Shown here: positions 17,273-26,223 of the stretch, in pieces
Layout of the letters: each line of letters opens with the position of its first letter
How positions within the stretch are numbered: the stretch's first letter is position 1
Made by a program: the position numbers and the translations under genes
Notes under the pieces: generated by a model
The model's database searches: none
Seen by the model: the letters and a program-made list of their open reading frames with translations, nothing else
Told to the model about the DNA's origin: nothing
Assembly: GCA_030428125.1 (NCBI GenBank)
Contig: JAUIBF010000002.1
Coordinates: forward strand, 143,910-207,909
Source: a bacterium
Lineage (GTDB): Bacteria > Patescibacteriota > Saccharimonadia > Saccharimonadales > SZUA-47
Length of the DNA: 64,000 nucleotides
Reading direction: 5' to 3'

Positions 17273-18049
17273 GTGGCAGATCCAATGGAAGCATCAGTAA
17301 CTCCGGTAAGCCAAACACCGGAACATAGAGGTCATTTTTATACAAGAGTAGTTGGGACACTCGCAGCAGCAACTTTAGGTATTGCCGGTGTTGCAGCCGT
17401 CAACGGTCAAAGAGGAGGTGCTGAAGAAGCAGCTTCACAGGAGACTGCTGATTTTTTCGCAGATATCGAAGCAATATGTGTTGACGGTAGCCCTATATTG
17501 TCCATAGACGTGACTCCAGATTCTATGAACTACCAAGTCGATATCAATGGCCAATTAGTCTATGTGTCTGACTTCTTTGAAAATGACCATGAGCTTCCGA
17601 TTGAGGAAGGTGATTTATGGCGCTTTTACAATGGTTCAATCGATAAATCAGGTGTGGTATCTGAAGATACTTGTCCAGATCCTACCACCACAACCATGGA
17701 ACCAACGACTACGACAACCGAAGCAGCTACCACAACTACTGAAGCAGCCACTACGACTACCGAAGCTTCTACTACAACTACCGAACCAACGACTACGACA
17801 ACAGAAGCTGTTACCACAACCACTGAAGCAGCCACTACGACTACCGAAGCTTCTACTACAACTACCGAACCAACGACTACGACAACAGAAGCTGTTACCA
17901 CAACCACTGAAGCAGCCACCACCACAACTACTGAAGCAGCCACTACGACTACCGAAGCTACCACAACAACCACAGCTGCCCCGACAACTACGGTAGCTCC
18001 TACTACAACTGCAACACCTAACACAGTTACACCACCACAAACGCCGTAA
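17273..18049 (+). CDS. Membrane-anchored surface protein with Thr-rich tandem repeats
   Basis: N-terminal TM (VVGTLAAATLGIAGVAAV), a globular ~90 aa, then (TTTTEAx)n repeats to the C-terminus. Confidence 0.6.
   Translation: MADPMEASVTPVSQTPEHRGHFYTRVVGTLAAATLGIAGVAAVNGQRGGAEEAASQETADFFADIEAICVDGSPILSIDVTPDSMNYQVDINGQLVYVSDFFENDHELPIEEGDLWRFYNGSIDKSGVVSEDTCPDPTTTTMEPTTTTTEAATTTTEAATTTTEASTTTTEPTTTTTEAVTTTTEAATTTTEASTTTTEPTTTTTEAVTTTTEAATTTTTEAATTTTEATTTTTAAPTTTVAPTTTATPNTVTPPQTP
17699..17960. repeat. Intragenic tandem repeat, 84-bp unit (about 3 copies; 21-bp sub-period)
   Basis: GAACCAACGACTACGACAAC... recurs at 17699, 17783 and 17867. Units 2 and 3 are identical over about 53 nt. Confidence 0.85.
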
Positions 18050-18217
18050 TCGCGTGTGATAATAATCAAAATAATAGCTTTGTCCAAGGTGTTAGCTTTG
18101 TTTTGGTGCTTTAACAGAGGTGCTTATGCTTGTAACTTTTGCAATATTGTTGTAATATGATGTTAATCAAGACTGATTAACAATTAAGCAAGTGGCGCAA
18201 AGGAAGGTATATTTGCT

Positions 18218-19399
18218 ATGGCAAATCCTATTGAAGTCTCGCAAGTGATGAACTTAACCCCAGTAGAGGGTAATATTGATATTGAACAAACTACACGTAG
18301 GTATAGTTTCCGTAGAGCAGCAGGGCTGACAAGTTTTGCGCTAGCTACGGGCTTAGGCGTAGGTGTTGCTACGGAAGCATTCGATGGCGATGCACCAGAA
18401 GTATATGCTGAAGGATGTTTTGTTAAAGACCCAGTAAACGGGACAGAATCCTGGTACGATCCATGTCCAGGCAGTGAACCTGCACCCACAACTGTTCCTG
18501 TACCGGTTACTACGACTCCACCTAGTAGTGGTGGAGGAGGAAATAATGGTGGTGGTAATTCTGGTGGTGGCAGCTCTTCTGGTGGGGGAGGCAGTCAACC
18601 AGTTGTAACTAGTGCTCCTAAACCATCCTACGAAGATAAACTAGCTTTTATTGGTTGTGAAGACGATAAGGGAAACCCAAATCTTGCTGCGGAGTTAGAA
18701 GAATTGAAGGCAGAAGACGGAAGTGGCAGAATAATTACATTGATTGACTGGTGTGAGCTCGAGTTCATTGAAGAAGACGGCATCATGGAAGGTTACGGCC
18801 GTCCAAATACTAACTGGGAAGATTTAATAGCAAATCCTGACTTTGACATAACACCGAACGAAGCTCAGACTAATGCTTTGAACATCTATCTATTGAATCG
18901 TTGGAATGAGTTGAACCCACCTGAGACTACTTCAACTACAACCTCTACAACATCGTCGACAACTTCAACGACTACGACCACTACTACAGTTGCACCAACA
19001 TCTACTACATCAGCTGCGCCTGCAACCACAGAAAATATTTTAGTGGACACAACAAGTACTCCAGAAACTACAGAAAACGAGCTACTTATAACTATTCCAG
19101 AAACCACTACAGCAGTAGATCTTGGATTAGAACCAGAGGCACCAGATACTACAGTTGTAGTGGCAGAAACTGAAGTACAAGAAGCAGTAGAAGAAAGTGT
19201 CCAAACTACGGATGCAGACATTGCTATTATTGCATCAGATAATGATTCTGAAAAAGGCAGTGGAACTAACTGGTTGATTCCTGCTGCAGGTGTAGCTGCA
19301 GCAGCAGCGAGTGGCTTAATATTAGTAGCTGCTGTAAGGCGCCGTCGAGACGAGGAAGATAGACACACTCTTCCACACGGTTCTTCCCCGATTGCTTGA
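18218..19399 (+). CDS. Surface protein with Gly-rich and Thr/Ser-rich linkers and a C-terminal hydrophobic anchor plus RRRRD tail
   Basis: N-terminal RR-containing leader plus TM. GGGGNNGGGNSGGGSSSGGGG and TSTTTSTTSSTTSTTTTTT tracts. C-terminus is WLIPAAG-VAAAAASGLILVAAV-RRRRD. Confidence 0.6.
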   Translation: MANPIEVSQVMNLTPVEGNIDIEQTTRRYSFRRAAGLTSFALATGLGVGVATEAFDGDAPEVYAEGCFVKDPVNGTESWYDPCPGSEPAPTTVPVPVTTTPPSSGGGGNNGGGNSGGGSSSGGGGSQPVVTSAPKPSYEDKLAFIGCEDDKGNPNLAAELEELKAEDGSGRIITLIDWCELEFIEEDGIMEGYGRPNTNWEDLIANPDFDITPNEAQTNALNIYLLNRWNELNPPETTSTTTSTTSSTTSTTTTTTTVAPTSTTSAAPATTENILVDTTSTPETTENELLITIPETTTAVDLGLEPEAPDTTVVVAETEVQEAVEESVQTTDADIAIIASDNDSEKGSGTNWLIPAAGVAAAAASGLILVAAVRRRRDEEDRHTLPHGSSPIA

Positions 19400-19459
19400 T
19401 AGCTGAAAGTTCAGGGGTTTTCAATAAGCCTTTATTTTTAGCATAAGCTTGTCTACAAT

Positions 19460-19927
19460 GTGCTTATGGTATTGAGTAGCAGTAAGAGATTGCTCGCGAT
19501 AAGTCTGATAACTTTAGCACTTATGTTAGTTTTGGCAGCTGGCGTCTATTTTTCCGTATTCAAAAACAATGGTGATGAACTGCCAGATGTAGAAAACGAT
19601 GTTTTGACTTCTAACGCCAGAGATGTGCTTCGTCAAGGTGAGTGTAGCGAGGAAGTTATTTCTGAAATTGACGTAAAATCAAACGACAACATTACCAATG
19701 AAGAACACGCCCAGTTACTAGAAGATAGTGCTAATTGTAACGTTCAGTTAAGTAATTATTCTGAAGCTTCAGAAAATATGAAGTCAGCAGCAATCTTGTA
19801 CCAAGAGCTTGGTGATACCATAAAGGCCGACAGCTTAAATGAAACTGCCGAAAGGATAAAAGATTATCCTTCCGAGCCAGAGATTATCGAGAAAGACATC
19901 GAAGACGATGGGGTGTACTCAAACTGA
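19460..19927 (+). CDS. Membrane-anchored hypothetical protein (155 aa)
   Basis: N-terminal TM with an acidic extracytoplasmic part. Its stop overlaps the next start (TGATG). Start is GTG 19460 or ATG 19466. Confidence 0.5.
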   Translation: MLMVLSSSKRLLAISLITLALMLVLAAGVYFSVFKNNGDELPDVENDVLTSNARDVLRQGECSEEVISEIDVKSNDNITNEEHAQLLEDSANCNVQLSNYSEASENMKSAAILYQELGDTIKADSLNETAERIKDYPSEPEIIEKDIEDDGVYSN

Positions 19928-22900
19928 TGGTAATTTCAAAAGAAAAAACTTTAACTTTGGCATTGGTATCATTCCTCTTAGTATTAGGGGTTTTAATTTT
20001 CAGAAGTGAAGGAGCAGGCGCACTGCCTGTTTGCTTTAACGATGCAACAAGACGTGCTTCAGCTGCTACTGTAAGTGGTGAGTACCCTAGATCTAATGTC
20101 TCGCGTAATGAATCAGGCTGCGGGGCAGTCAGTAACACTAATCAGTGGGTCCTACTGTCTTCCTATTATGAGGCAGGTTCAGGAACTTATCCTGATGGGC
20201 CTGGTAGCACATTACATACACCTAACGCTGAGTTCAGGGTATTCTATTCCGGATCGACCCCCAGCAGTGCAGTTACCATAACTATTGAGCGCTCGGCCAC
20301 AGGAAGGTGTGATTATACTGGTGGTGATGATGTGGTTATTCATACCATTGGCCCAGGAGGAGGTTTTATTGGGTCGTTAGACTCGGTAGCTTCAGATACG
20401 ATTACCGCACCGGCAGGGGAGTTTTCACAAAATCCTAAGTATGGTAACAATGTTTGGGTATGGAATAAATCAATCAGAGTTAGTGCAAATGTTGCAACAT
20501 CTATACATTGTCGTATTCGGGCGTCCACTGCTACTGCTAGCACGTACTTAACCTTATACGAAGACGTTGATCCTGTAAGTGCTCATAATGAAACTCGTCA
20601 AAGGTATAATCAAACAAACGCAGGTACTGGTGGTGGTTCTAAGGCAATATTAGGACCTGCAGCAAACACTTCAGGTTCAATAGCACTGTATTCAGACTTG
20701 GCATCTAGTACTCTCGAGTACGCAATACCTATTCAACTAGCATGCGATGCACCTGACGGCAGGTATTATCTGAGATATTATGACCCAGATACTCCAAATG
20801 CAGGCAATGCAGGGGGTACGTCTCAGCCTGCCGGGACAGTGGGGTTGGCAATATACAGGGAAAGTGATGGTGCCAACATACTCGATACAAACATCAATGA
20901 AGGAAATGACGAATACGGTGAGGTGTTGATGCCTAATATGGTTCAGGACGAAAGATACACCATGGTATGGTACAACGTAACAGCTAGAAACGGAATTCAG
21001 TTCTGGATGCCATTTAGCGAAGCGACCTCTATACCAGGAAATGATTGTGAGACCGAGGAAGGTGAAATTACCTGTGGTGATATAACCAGAACTTCCATTG
21101 AGATTAACTGGGATACTACTGACACGACAAATGCCAGAATTCGTCGCGAAGATCCTACGACTGCAACAGTAGGCAACAATCTAGCGGGTACAGGCACAGG
21201 GACTCGGGATGACACCGGTCTTACACCGGGTACTACTTATACATATAGATTAAGAAACAATAGCAATTCTGGAACTATTTTGGATGAAATAACCTGTGAT
21301 ACTACAGCAAATGCACCTCCATCCGTTACGGTAACAGTGACTTGTACACCGATTCTCGGAACCGCGACTTCTACTCTGAGAGCACGTTATGTTGCAACAG
21401 ATCCTGATGGGGACTCGGTAGATGCTACGGCCAGCGGGGGACTGACAGGTACACGTAACAACGACAACGATCACACCTTCTCAGCAACGGTTGTCAGAAA
21501 CGGTAGCTCTTATTCAGTGACAGTGTTAGTCGACGATGGAAATGGTGGGACTGATTCCGACAGTGATTCCGACACCTGTGATTTACCTAACGGTCCTAGT
21601 TTCACGACGGATGATTTGAATTGCAGAAGATTTAGTATTGAACTCCAAGACGATGAAGGTTTCGAATACGACATAGAACTGCAGCACTTCGAAGGTGGCT
21701 CCTGGGTAAATACCGGGTACAGACGCAATAACCAGGCGCTTACTGGTGGACCTCCTTCATATTCGTACTCAACAGACTTTACAGCCGTAGCTAGATGGCG
21801 AGATTTTGATGTGCATAACTTTAGGGTATTGGCGACAAACCAATCATTCCCATCCTTAACTGCTCATACTGATGATCCGGGTGATGCAACCGATCAAAGA
21901 GTAGGTCCTTGTCTGGAAACTGTTTGTGGTGGCATAACTACCAGCCCAACGTCTGTAAGCGTGAATCAATTCTATACGGTTAGTGTTCAATTTTCTACAC
22001 GCAGAGTGGATGGCGCCAATGAACTTTCTAATATAGGTCCTGAAGGAAACGGGGGTACTGCAGGATCACCATTTACCTATAACATCGAATTATCGATGTC
22101 ACCAGCACCTCCTGCAGGACCGAACTTAGCCAACCCCATGCCCATTAGTCCAGCAGGGTCTATACATAACGGTGTGCCGTCACCGATTGCCGGAGTGGTT
22201 GCACACGATATAACGAGCCAATTCCAAGCGCCATCTACGCCAGAAGATATAGACATAACATTCAGCTTGGATTCGGGGGATGCTAACTTTGACAGAACAT
22301 GTCCAGGAGGTACGGGTTCATATACGGTAGAGGTTGCGGCACAACCGTACATTCAGTCGTTTAGAGGAGATGTGATTGCTGGCTACGGTATTTTAAACAA
22401 TACGGGCGTTTGCTCTACTGGCTCGGGTAATGTAGTAGGTTCCACAGTAAATCATCCCTTGTTAGCGACGACTCCATCACTTAGCAACCCGGTTGTCGGA
22501 TCGGGGACTCAGATGTCAGTGCTAGCGTTAGGAGAAGTAATCGGTTTCCGATCGGGTACAACACATACCGGATATAACGATAAACCGTGGTCCAGGATAT
22601 TTGCCAACTCCACGAGCACAGCGCCTCCTAATACATCACCCCCTGCTAGGGAAGCAACTAGCATCAATGATGTGCTGATATCTCAGCGCATGGGAGGATA
22701 TTATGATTCGGCCTTATGTGCAGAAAACTGGTCCGATGACATGCCAGCAGGCTCTACACCAGCATCTGATGTTAACTGGAGTGATGTGAACGGAATAGAA
22801 AGATATACAAGTAATGGAGCTCCTGGGGATCCAGTTAGGCTCACTGCTGATTCAACTACTGACGGAACAAGAAAAATATTCATCGATGGAAACGCCATAA

Positions 22901-23433
22901 TTGGAGATCCTGGCCTGGGTGCCAATCAAGAATACGAGTATACCGACAGCTGGACTTCGGTGTTTGATATTCCATCGGTAATAATTGTTGCCTCTGGAAA
23001 CATATATATTGATCCGAACGTTACATATCTGGATGGCATATTTGTGGCAGGAGGAACAATATTTACCTGTACTCCTACAGCTGGAGCACTGCCTAGTGAT
23101 ACAGATGAAATAAGTGCTGCGCCGAGCCCAAGCGCTTATCGTACCGGTGGCGATTGTTATGACAATTCTTTAACAATCCAAGGTGCATTGGTCTCAAACA
23201 ATATCAGATTGTGGAGAACAGGTGGTTCAGTTGATAAAAGGTGGAATAGCTCTACCAGTAGCGTTGTGGATTCTACTGGAACCCAAGGGTACGATAAAGG
23301 ATTAACGCAAGCAGAGACGGTTAGGCTAACTCCAGAGTTATTTATCTCTCCAAGATTTGGGGAGTCACCGACTAATGGAGATGAGGGTCAGAAACAGTTA
23401 GATTCACTAATTAGTTTGCCTCCGATATTTTAA
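19927..23433 (+). CDS. Large secreted multidomain protein (1168 aa) with FN3 and Ig/cadherin-like modules
   Basis: N-terminal signal/TM. FN3-like ITCGDITRTSIEINW...GLTPGTTYTYRLRN. ATDPDGDS...VDDGNGGTDSDSDSD module. Ends 55 nt before pilM. Confidence 0.7.
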   Translation: MVISKEKTLTLALVSFLLVLGVLIFRSEGAGALPVCFNDATRRASAATVSGEYPRSNVSRNESGCGAVSNTNQWVLLSSYYEAGSGTYPDGPGSTLHTPNAEFRVFYSGSTPSSAVTITIERSATGRCDYTGGDDVVIHTIGPGGGFIGSLDSVASDTITAPAGEFSQNPKYGNNVWVWNKSIRVSANVATSIHCRIRASTATASTYLTLYEDVDPVSAHNETRQRYNQTNAGTGGGSKAILGPAANTSGSIALYSDLASSTLEYAIPIQLACDAPDGRYYLRYYDPDTPNAGNAGGTSQPAGTVGLAIYRESDGANILDTNINEGNDEYGEVLMPNMVQDERYTMVWYNVTARNGIQFWMPFSEATSIPGNDCETEEGEITCGDITRTSIEINWDTTDTTNARIRREDPTTATVGNNLAGTGTGTRDDTGLTPGTTYTYRLRNNSNSGTILDEITCDTTANAPPSVTVTVTCTPILGTATSTLRARYVATDPDGDSVDATASGGLTGTRNNDNDHTFSATVVRNGSSYSVTVLVDDGNGGTDSDSDSDTCDLPNGPSFTTDDLNCRRFSIELQDDEGFEYDIELQHFEGGSWVNTGYRRNNQALTGGPPSYSYSTDFTAVARWRDFDVHNFRVLATNQSFPSLTAHTDDPGDATDQRVGPCLETVCGGITTSPTSVSVNQFYTVSVQFSTRRVDGANELSNIGPEGNGGTAGSPFTYNIELSMSPAPPAGPNLANPMPISPAGSIHNGVPSPIAGVVAHDITSQFQAPSTPEDIDITFSLDSGDANFDRTCPGGTGSYTVEVAAQPYIQSFRGDVIAGYGILNNTGVCSTGSGNVVGSTVNHPLLATTPSLSNPVVGSGTQMSVLALGEVIGFRSGTTHTGYNDKPWSRIFANSTSTAPPNTSPPAREATSINDVLISQRMGGYYDSALCAENWSDDMPAGSTPASDVNWSDVNGIERYTSNGAPGDPVRLTADSTTDGTRKIFIDGNAIIGDPGLGANQEYEYTDSWTSVFDIPSVIIVASGNIYIDPNVTYLDGIFVAGGTIFTCTPTAGALPSDTDEISAAPSPSAYRTGGDCYDNSLTIQGALVSNNIRLWRTGGSVDKRWNSSTSSVVDSTGTQGYDKGLTQAETVRLTPELFISPRFGESPTNGDEGQKQLDSLISLPPIF

Positions 23434-23487
23434 AGAGTAATAAAGGGTGGAAAAAATAAACATATGCATTATAATGAGATTTAAGCC

Positions 23488-24525
23488 ATGGGCATTCTGA
23501 CAAACACAACAGATTTTTTTGGCCTGGATATTGGCACATCAGCAATTAGGGTGGTCCAAATGAAGGGTGGTAGAACCAAAGCTCTTGCTCGATATGGGTC
23601 TCTTGATATTGATCCCAAGATAGCCAAGAGTGATTCTAATGCAGATCTGCAAAAACTAGGACAAGCCATTAAGCAAGTAATGTCTCAAGCTGGCATATCT
23701 TCTAAAAATGTTGCTGTTGGTATTCCTTCACAGAGAGTATTTATGACCGTTGTCGATATCGACAGACTATCAGAAAAGGAACTAGATAGTACAATTCGCT
23801 TGCAAGCTGACTCGCTGATCCCAACACCGTTAGAGGAGTCCAAGATTGACTGGGCGTTGCTAGGCGACTCTCCGAAAGACCAGAAAAAAGTAGAAATTTT
23901 ACTTGGAAGCGTTCCTAATACATTTGTGGAACGTCAACTTGATTTGTTAGAGTCAATGGGCTTGAATGTTATCGCGTTTGAACCAGACTCTATCTCGATT
24001 TCTCGATCGCTTCTGACACCCGACACAGCAGCACCACATCTTCTATTGGATATGGGTAATGAGGCGACAGATTTAGTAATGACTCTGAACGGTGCTCCTA
24101 GGCTAATTCGTTCGATTCCGATTGGTACATCATCGATTATTAAAGCAGCTATACAAAATCTAGGTATCGATGAAAAGCAGGCCACGCAATTTGTATTCAA
24201 GTTTGGAATGAGCAAGGACAAGCTAGAAGGACAGATATACAACGCAATAGTCGGGACCGTTGATACATTAATGAGTGAGATTGAGAAGTCAATCAAGTTT
24301 TTCCAAACACGGTATCAAGGGGCAAACATCGAGAGAATTATTGTTACTGGGGGTACGTCGGTATTACCAGAATTACCACTGACAATTGCCAATAAGTTTG
24401 GCATTAATGTAGAAATCGGTAACTCCTGGAGGAACGTCGCATTCCCGACCTCGCAACAAAATGAATTGCTGACGGTTTCAAATAAATATGCAGTCGCAGC
24501 TGGACTCGCTGAGAGGGTAGAGTAA
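23488..24525 (+). CDS. pilM: Type IV pilus assembly protein PilM
   Basis: Actin-like ATPase fold with FFGLDIGTSAIRVV and ...IIVTGGTSVLPEL. First gene of pilMNO. Confidence 0.85.
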   Translation: MGILTNTTDFFGLDIGTSAIRVVQMKGGRTKALARYGSLDIDPKIAKSDSNADLQKLGQAIKQVMSQAGISSKNVAVGIPSQRVFMTVVDIDRLSEKELDSTIRLQADSLIPTPLEESKIDWALLGDSPKDQKKVEILLGSVPNTFVERQLDLLESMGLNVIAFEPDSISISRSLLTPDTAAPHLLLDMGNEATDLVMTLNGAPRLIRSIPIGTSSIIKAAIQNLGIDEKQATQFVFKFGMSKDKLEGQIYNAIVGTVDTLMSEIEKSIKFFQTRYQGANIERIIVTGGTSVLPELPLTIANKFGINVEIGNSWRNVAFPTSQQNELLTVSNKYAVAAGLAERVE

Positions 24526-24528
24526 GCA

Positions 24529-25263
24529 ATGCTACAGTTTAATCTCCTACCAGATGTAAAAAAGCAGTACATAAAGGCTAAAAAACAGCAACGCTTGATT
24601 CTTTCTATTTCGTCGTTTGCGGCAGGCGGCGCCATTGTTATAGTGCTACTACTATTCTTTTTCGTTCAGTTTGGACAAAAAGAAAACATTAAAGATTTGA
24701 CAGAAGATATCAATACTAAAATTAACGACATCAAGTCAATCGAAGACTTCAATAAAATCCTAACAATACAGAGCCAGCTAGAGACTCTGCCAGAACTACA
24801 TGCGGGGAAGCCCGAAATAACAAGATTGTATGACTACCTGATTCAGTTGACTCCTGCTAATGTGAAGATTTCATCAGTTCAGGTTAATTTTACGGATAGC
24901 ATAATGACACTAGAAGGGTCTGCGCCTGATTTGGCGACCATAAACAGGTTCTCAGACACAGTAAAATTCACAAAATTCAAAGCTGTACCAATAGTAGATC
25001 CTGACAGTGACGAGGGTGTAGAGCAGCAAAATATCGAAGATGCAGAAGAACTAGTACCTTTTACAGACGTAAAAACCGAACTAGGTAGATCTGAAGATTC
25101 AGCAGGCTATACACTACGGTTTACATTCGATCCATTATTATTCGAAAACCAAATAGAAGCACAGCTAATAATCCCAAATATTGTGACTACCCGATCAACA
25201 CTTGGTAAACCTGATATTACAGACCAAGGCGACAACCCATTATTTGAAGAGGAAGAGGAGTAG
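24529..25263 (+). CDS. pilN: PilN-like pilus assembly protein
   Basis: N-terminal FNLLP motif followed by a single TM. Position is after pilM. Confidence 0.7.
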   Translation: MLQFNLLPDVKKQYIKAKKQQRLILSISSFAAGGAIVIVLLLFFFVQFGQKENIKDLTEDINTKINDIKSIEDFNKILTIQSQLETLPELHAGKPEITRLYDYLIQLTPANVKISSVQVNFTDSIMTLEGSAPDLATINRFSDTVKFTKFKAVPIVDPDSDEGVEQQNIEDAEELVPFTDVKTELGRSEDSAGYTLRFTFDPLLFENQIEAQLIIPNIVTTRSTLGKPDITDQGDNPLFEEEEE

Positions 25264-25268
25264 TAGGT

Positions 25269-25970
25269 ATGCAAGCGAAATCTTCTGCAGGCGGCAAATC
25301 TATAAAACACGCAATAATCGATAAAGCAAACGCCAGAATGTTTGCTGCCATCGCAATAGCTGTTTTTGTAGTTGTTTTTTGTATATTTGCAGCCAAAGCT
25401 CTCATTGATCAGAGTATTTATAATAACCGGGTAATTTCCGCTAAAAGTGACACGCTAAAAGTATTAGAAAGCAACAAAAAAGAAGCCGACAAGCTCCACC
25501 AGTCATATCTAGCATTTGCAACTGAACCAATAAACGTATTGGGTGGTAGTCCAACTGGTGATGGGCCGCAAGACGGCGATAACGCAACCTTAGTTTTGGA
25601 CGCTCTTCCGTCAGAGTTAGATGTGCCAGCACAGACGACAAGCCTCGAAAAAGTCTTGATTAACGGTGGTTATGGAGTTAAAGCTCTCGGTGGAGACGAT
25701 GCGGCCTATGATACAGACGTCAACAAAGACGAAGCAGCGTTCGCGCAAGGTCAGACCGAACCTATAGAATACGAAGTGCCGTTTGCTGCAACGGCATCAC
25801 TTGAATCGTCTATTAATCTTTTTGAAACCTTACAGTCGTCAATTAGGCCATACAAAATTACCTCGCTTAGCATAAATGGAGGCGCTAGCCAGCTGGAATT
25901 ATCAATAGGAATGGTTACTTACTATAAACCAGCAGTGGGGTTGCAAGTGTCATCGGAGGTTATCCAATAA
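25269..25970 (+). CDS. pilO: PilO-like pilus assembly protein
   Basis: Single N-terminal TM plus a segment that may be coiled-coil. Assignment is mainly by gene order. Confidence 0.45.
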   Translation: MQAKSSAGGKSIKHAIIDKANARMFAAIAIAVFVVVFCIFAAKALIDQSIYNNRVISAKSDTLKVLESNKKEADKLHQSYLAFATEPINVLGGSPTGDGPQDGDNATLVLDALPSELDVPAQTTSLEKVLINGGYGVKALGGDDAAYDTDVNKDEAAFAQGQTEPIEYEVPFAATASLESSINLFETLQSSIRPYKITSLSINGGASQLELSIGMVTYYKPAVGLQVSSEVIQ

Positions 25971-26212
25971 TGAAATCCAAAGACTATGTAATAGTTTTCA
26001 TAATTGCCGTAGTTAGCGCCTGTCTATCATTCTTTCTTTCCAGCTACTTGATTCCGAGTGGTGATAAACAGCAGAGCGCAGAAGTTGTCGAGAAACTAGA
26101 TTCGACGTTCAATAGGCCTCCGGAGTTGTATTTCAATGACAATTCCGTAAATCCATCACAAGAAATACTTATCGAAGAAGATCCTGGCAGTAATCCATTC
26201 AGTCGTAACTAA
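25970..26212 (+). CDS. Small single-TM protein (80 aa) inside the pilus operon
   Basis: ATG overlaps the pilO stop. One TM (VIVFIIAVVSACLSFFLSSYL). No recognisable family. Confidence 0.4.
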   Translation: MKSKDYVIVFIIAVVSACLSFFLSSYLIPSGDKQQSAEVVEKLDSTFNRPPELYFNDNSVNPSQEILIEEDPGSNPFSRN

Positions 26213-26223
26213 GGGGCTCGTAA

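Noticed and set aside
17699-17960. Regular short repeats that might look like a CRISPR array.
   Set aside because: The repeats are contiguous, without unique spacers. They sit inside an ORF, encode TTTTEAx peptide units and have no palindromic repeat core. No cas genes are present.
17562-18087. Three overlapping ORFs (144 aa +, 153 aa -, 130 aa -) across the Thr-rich repeat region.
   Set aside because: They are low-complexity artefacts of the 21/84-bp repeat in alternative frames (poly-Val, Cys/Ser/Gly-rich, Pro/Gln/Leu-rich). The frame encoding the TM-anchored Thr-rich protein is the coherent one. The same applies to 18886-19368 (-) and 18353-18598 (-).
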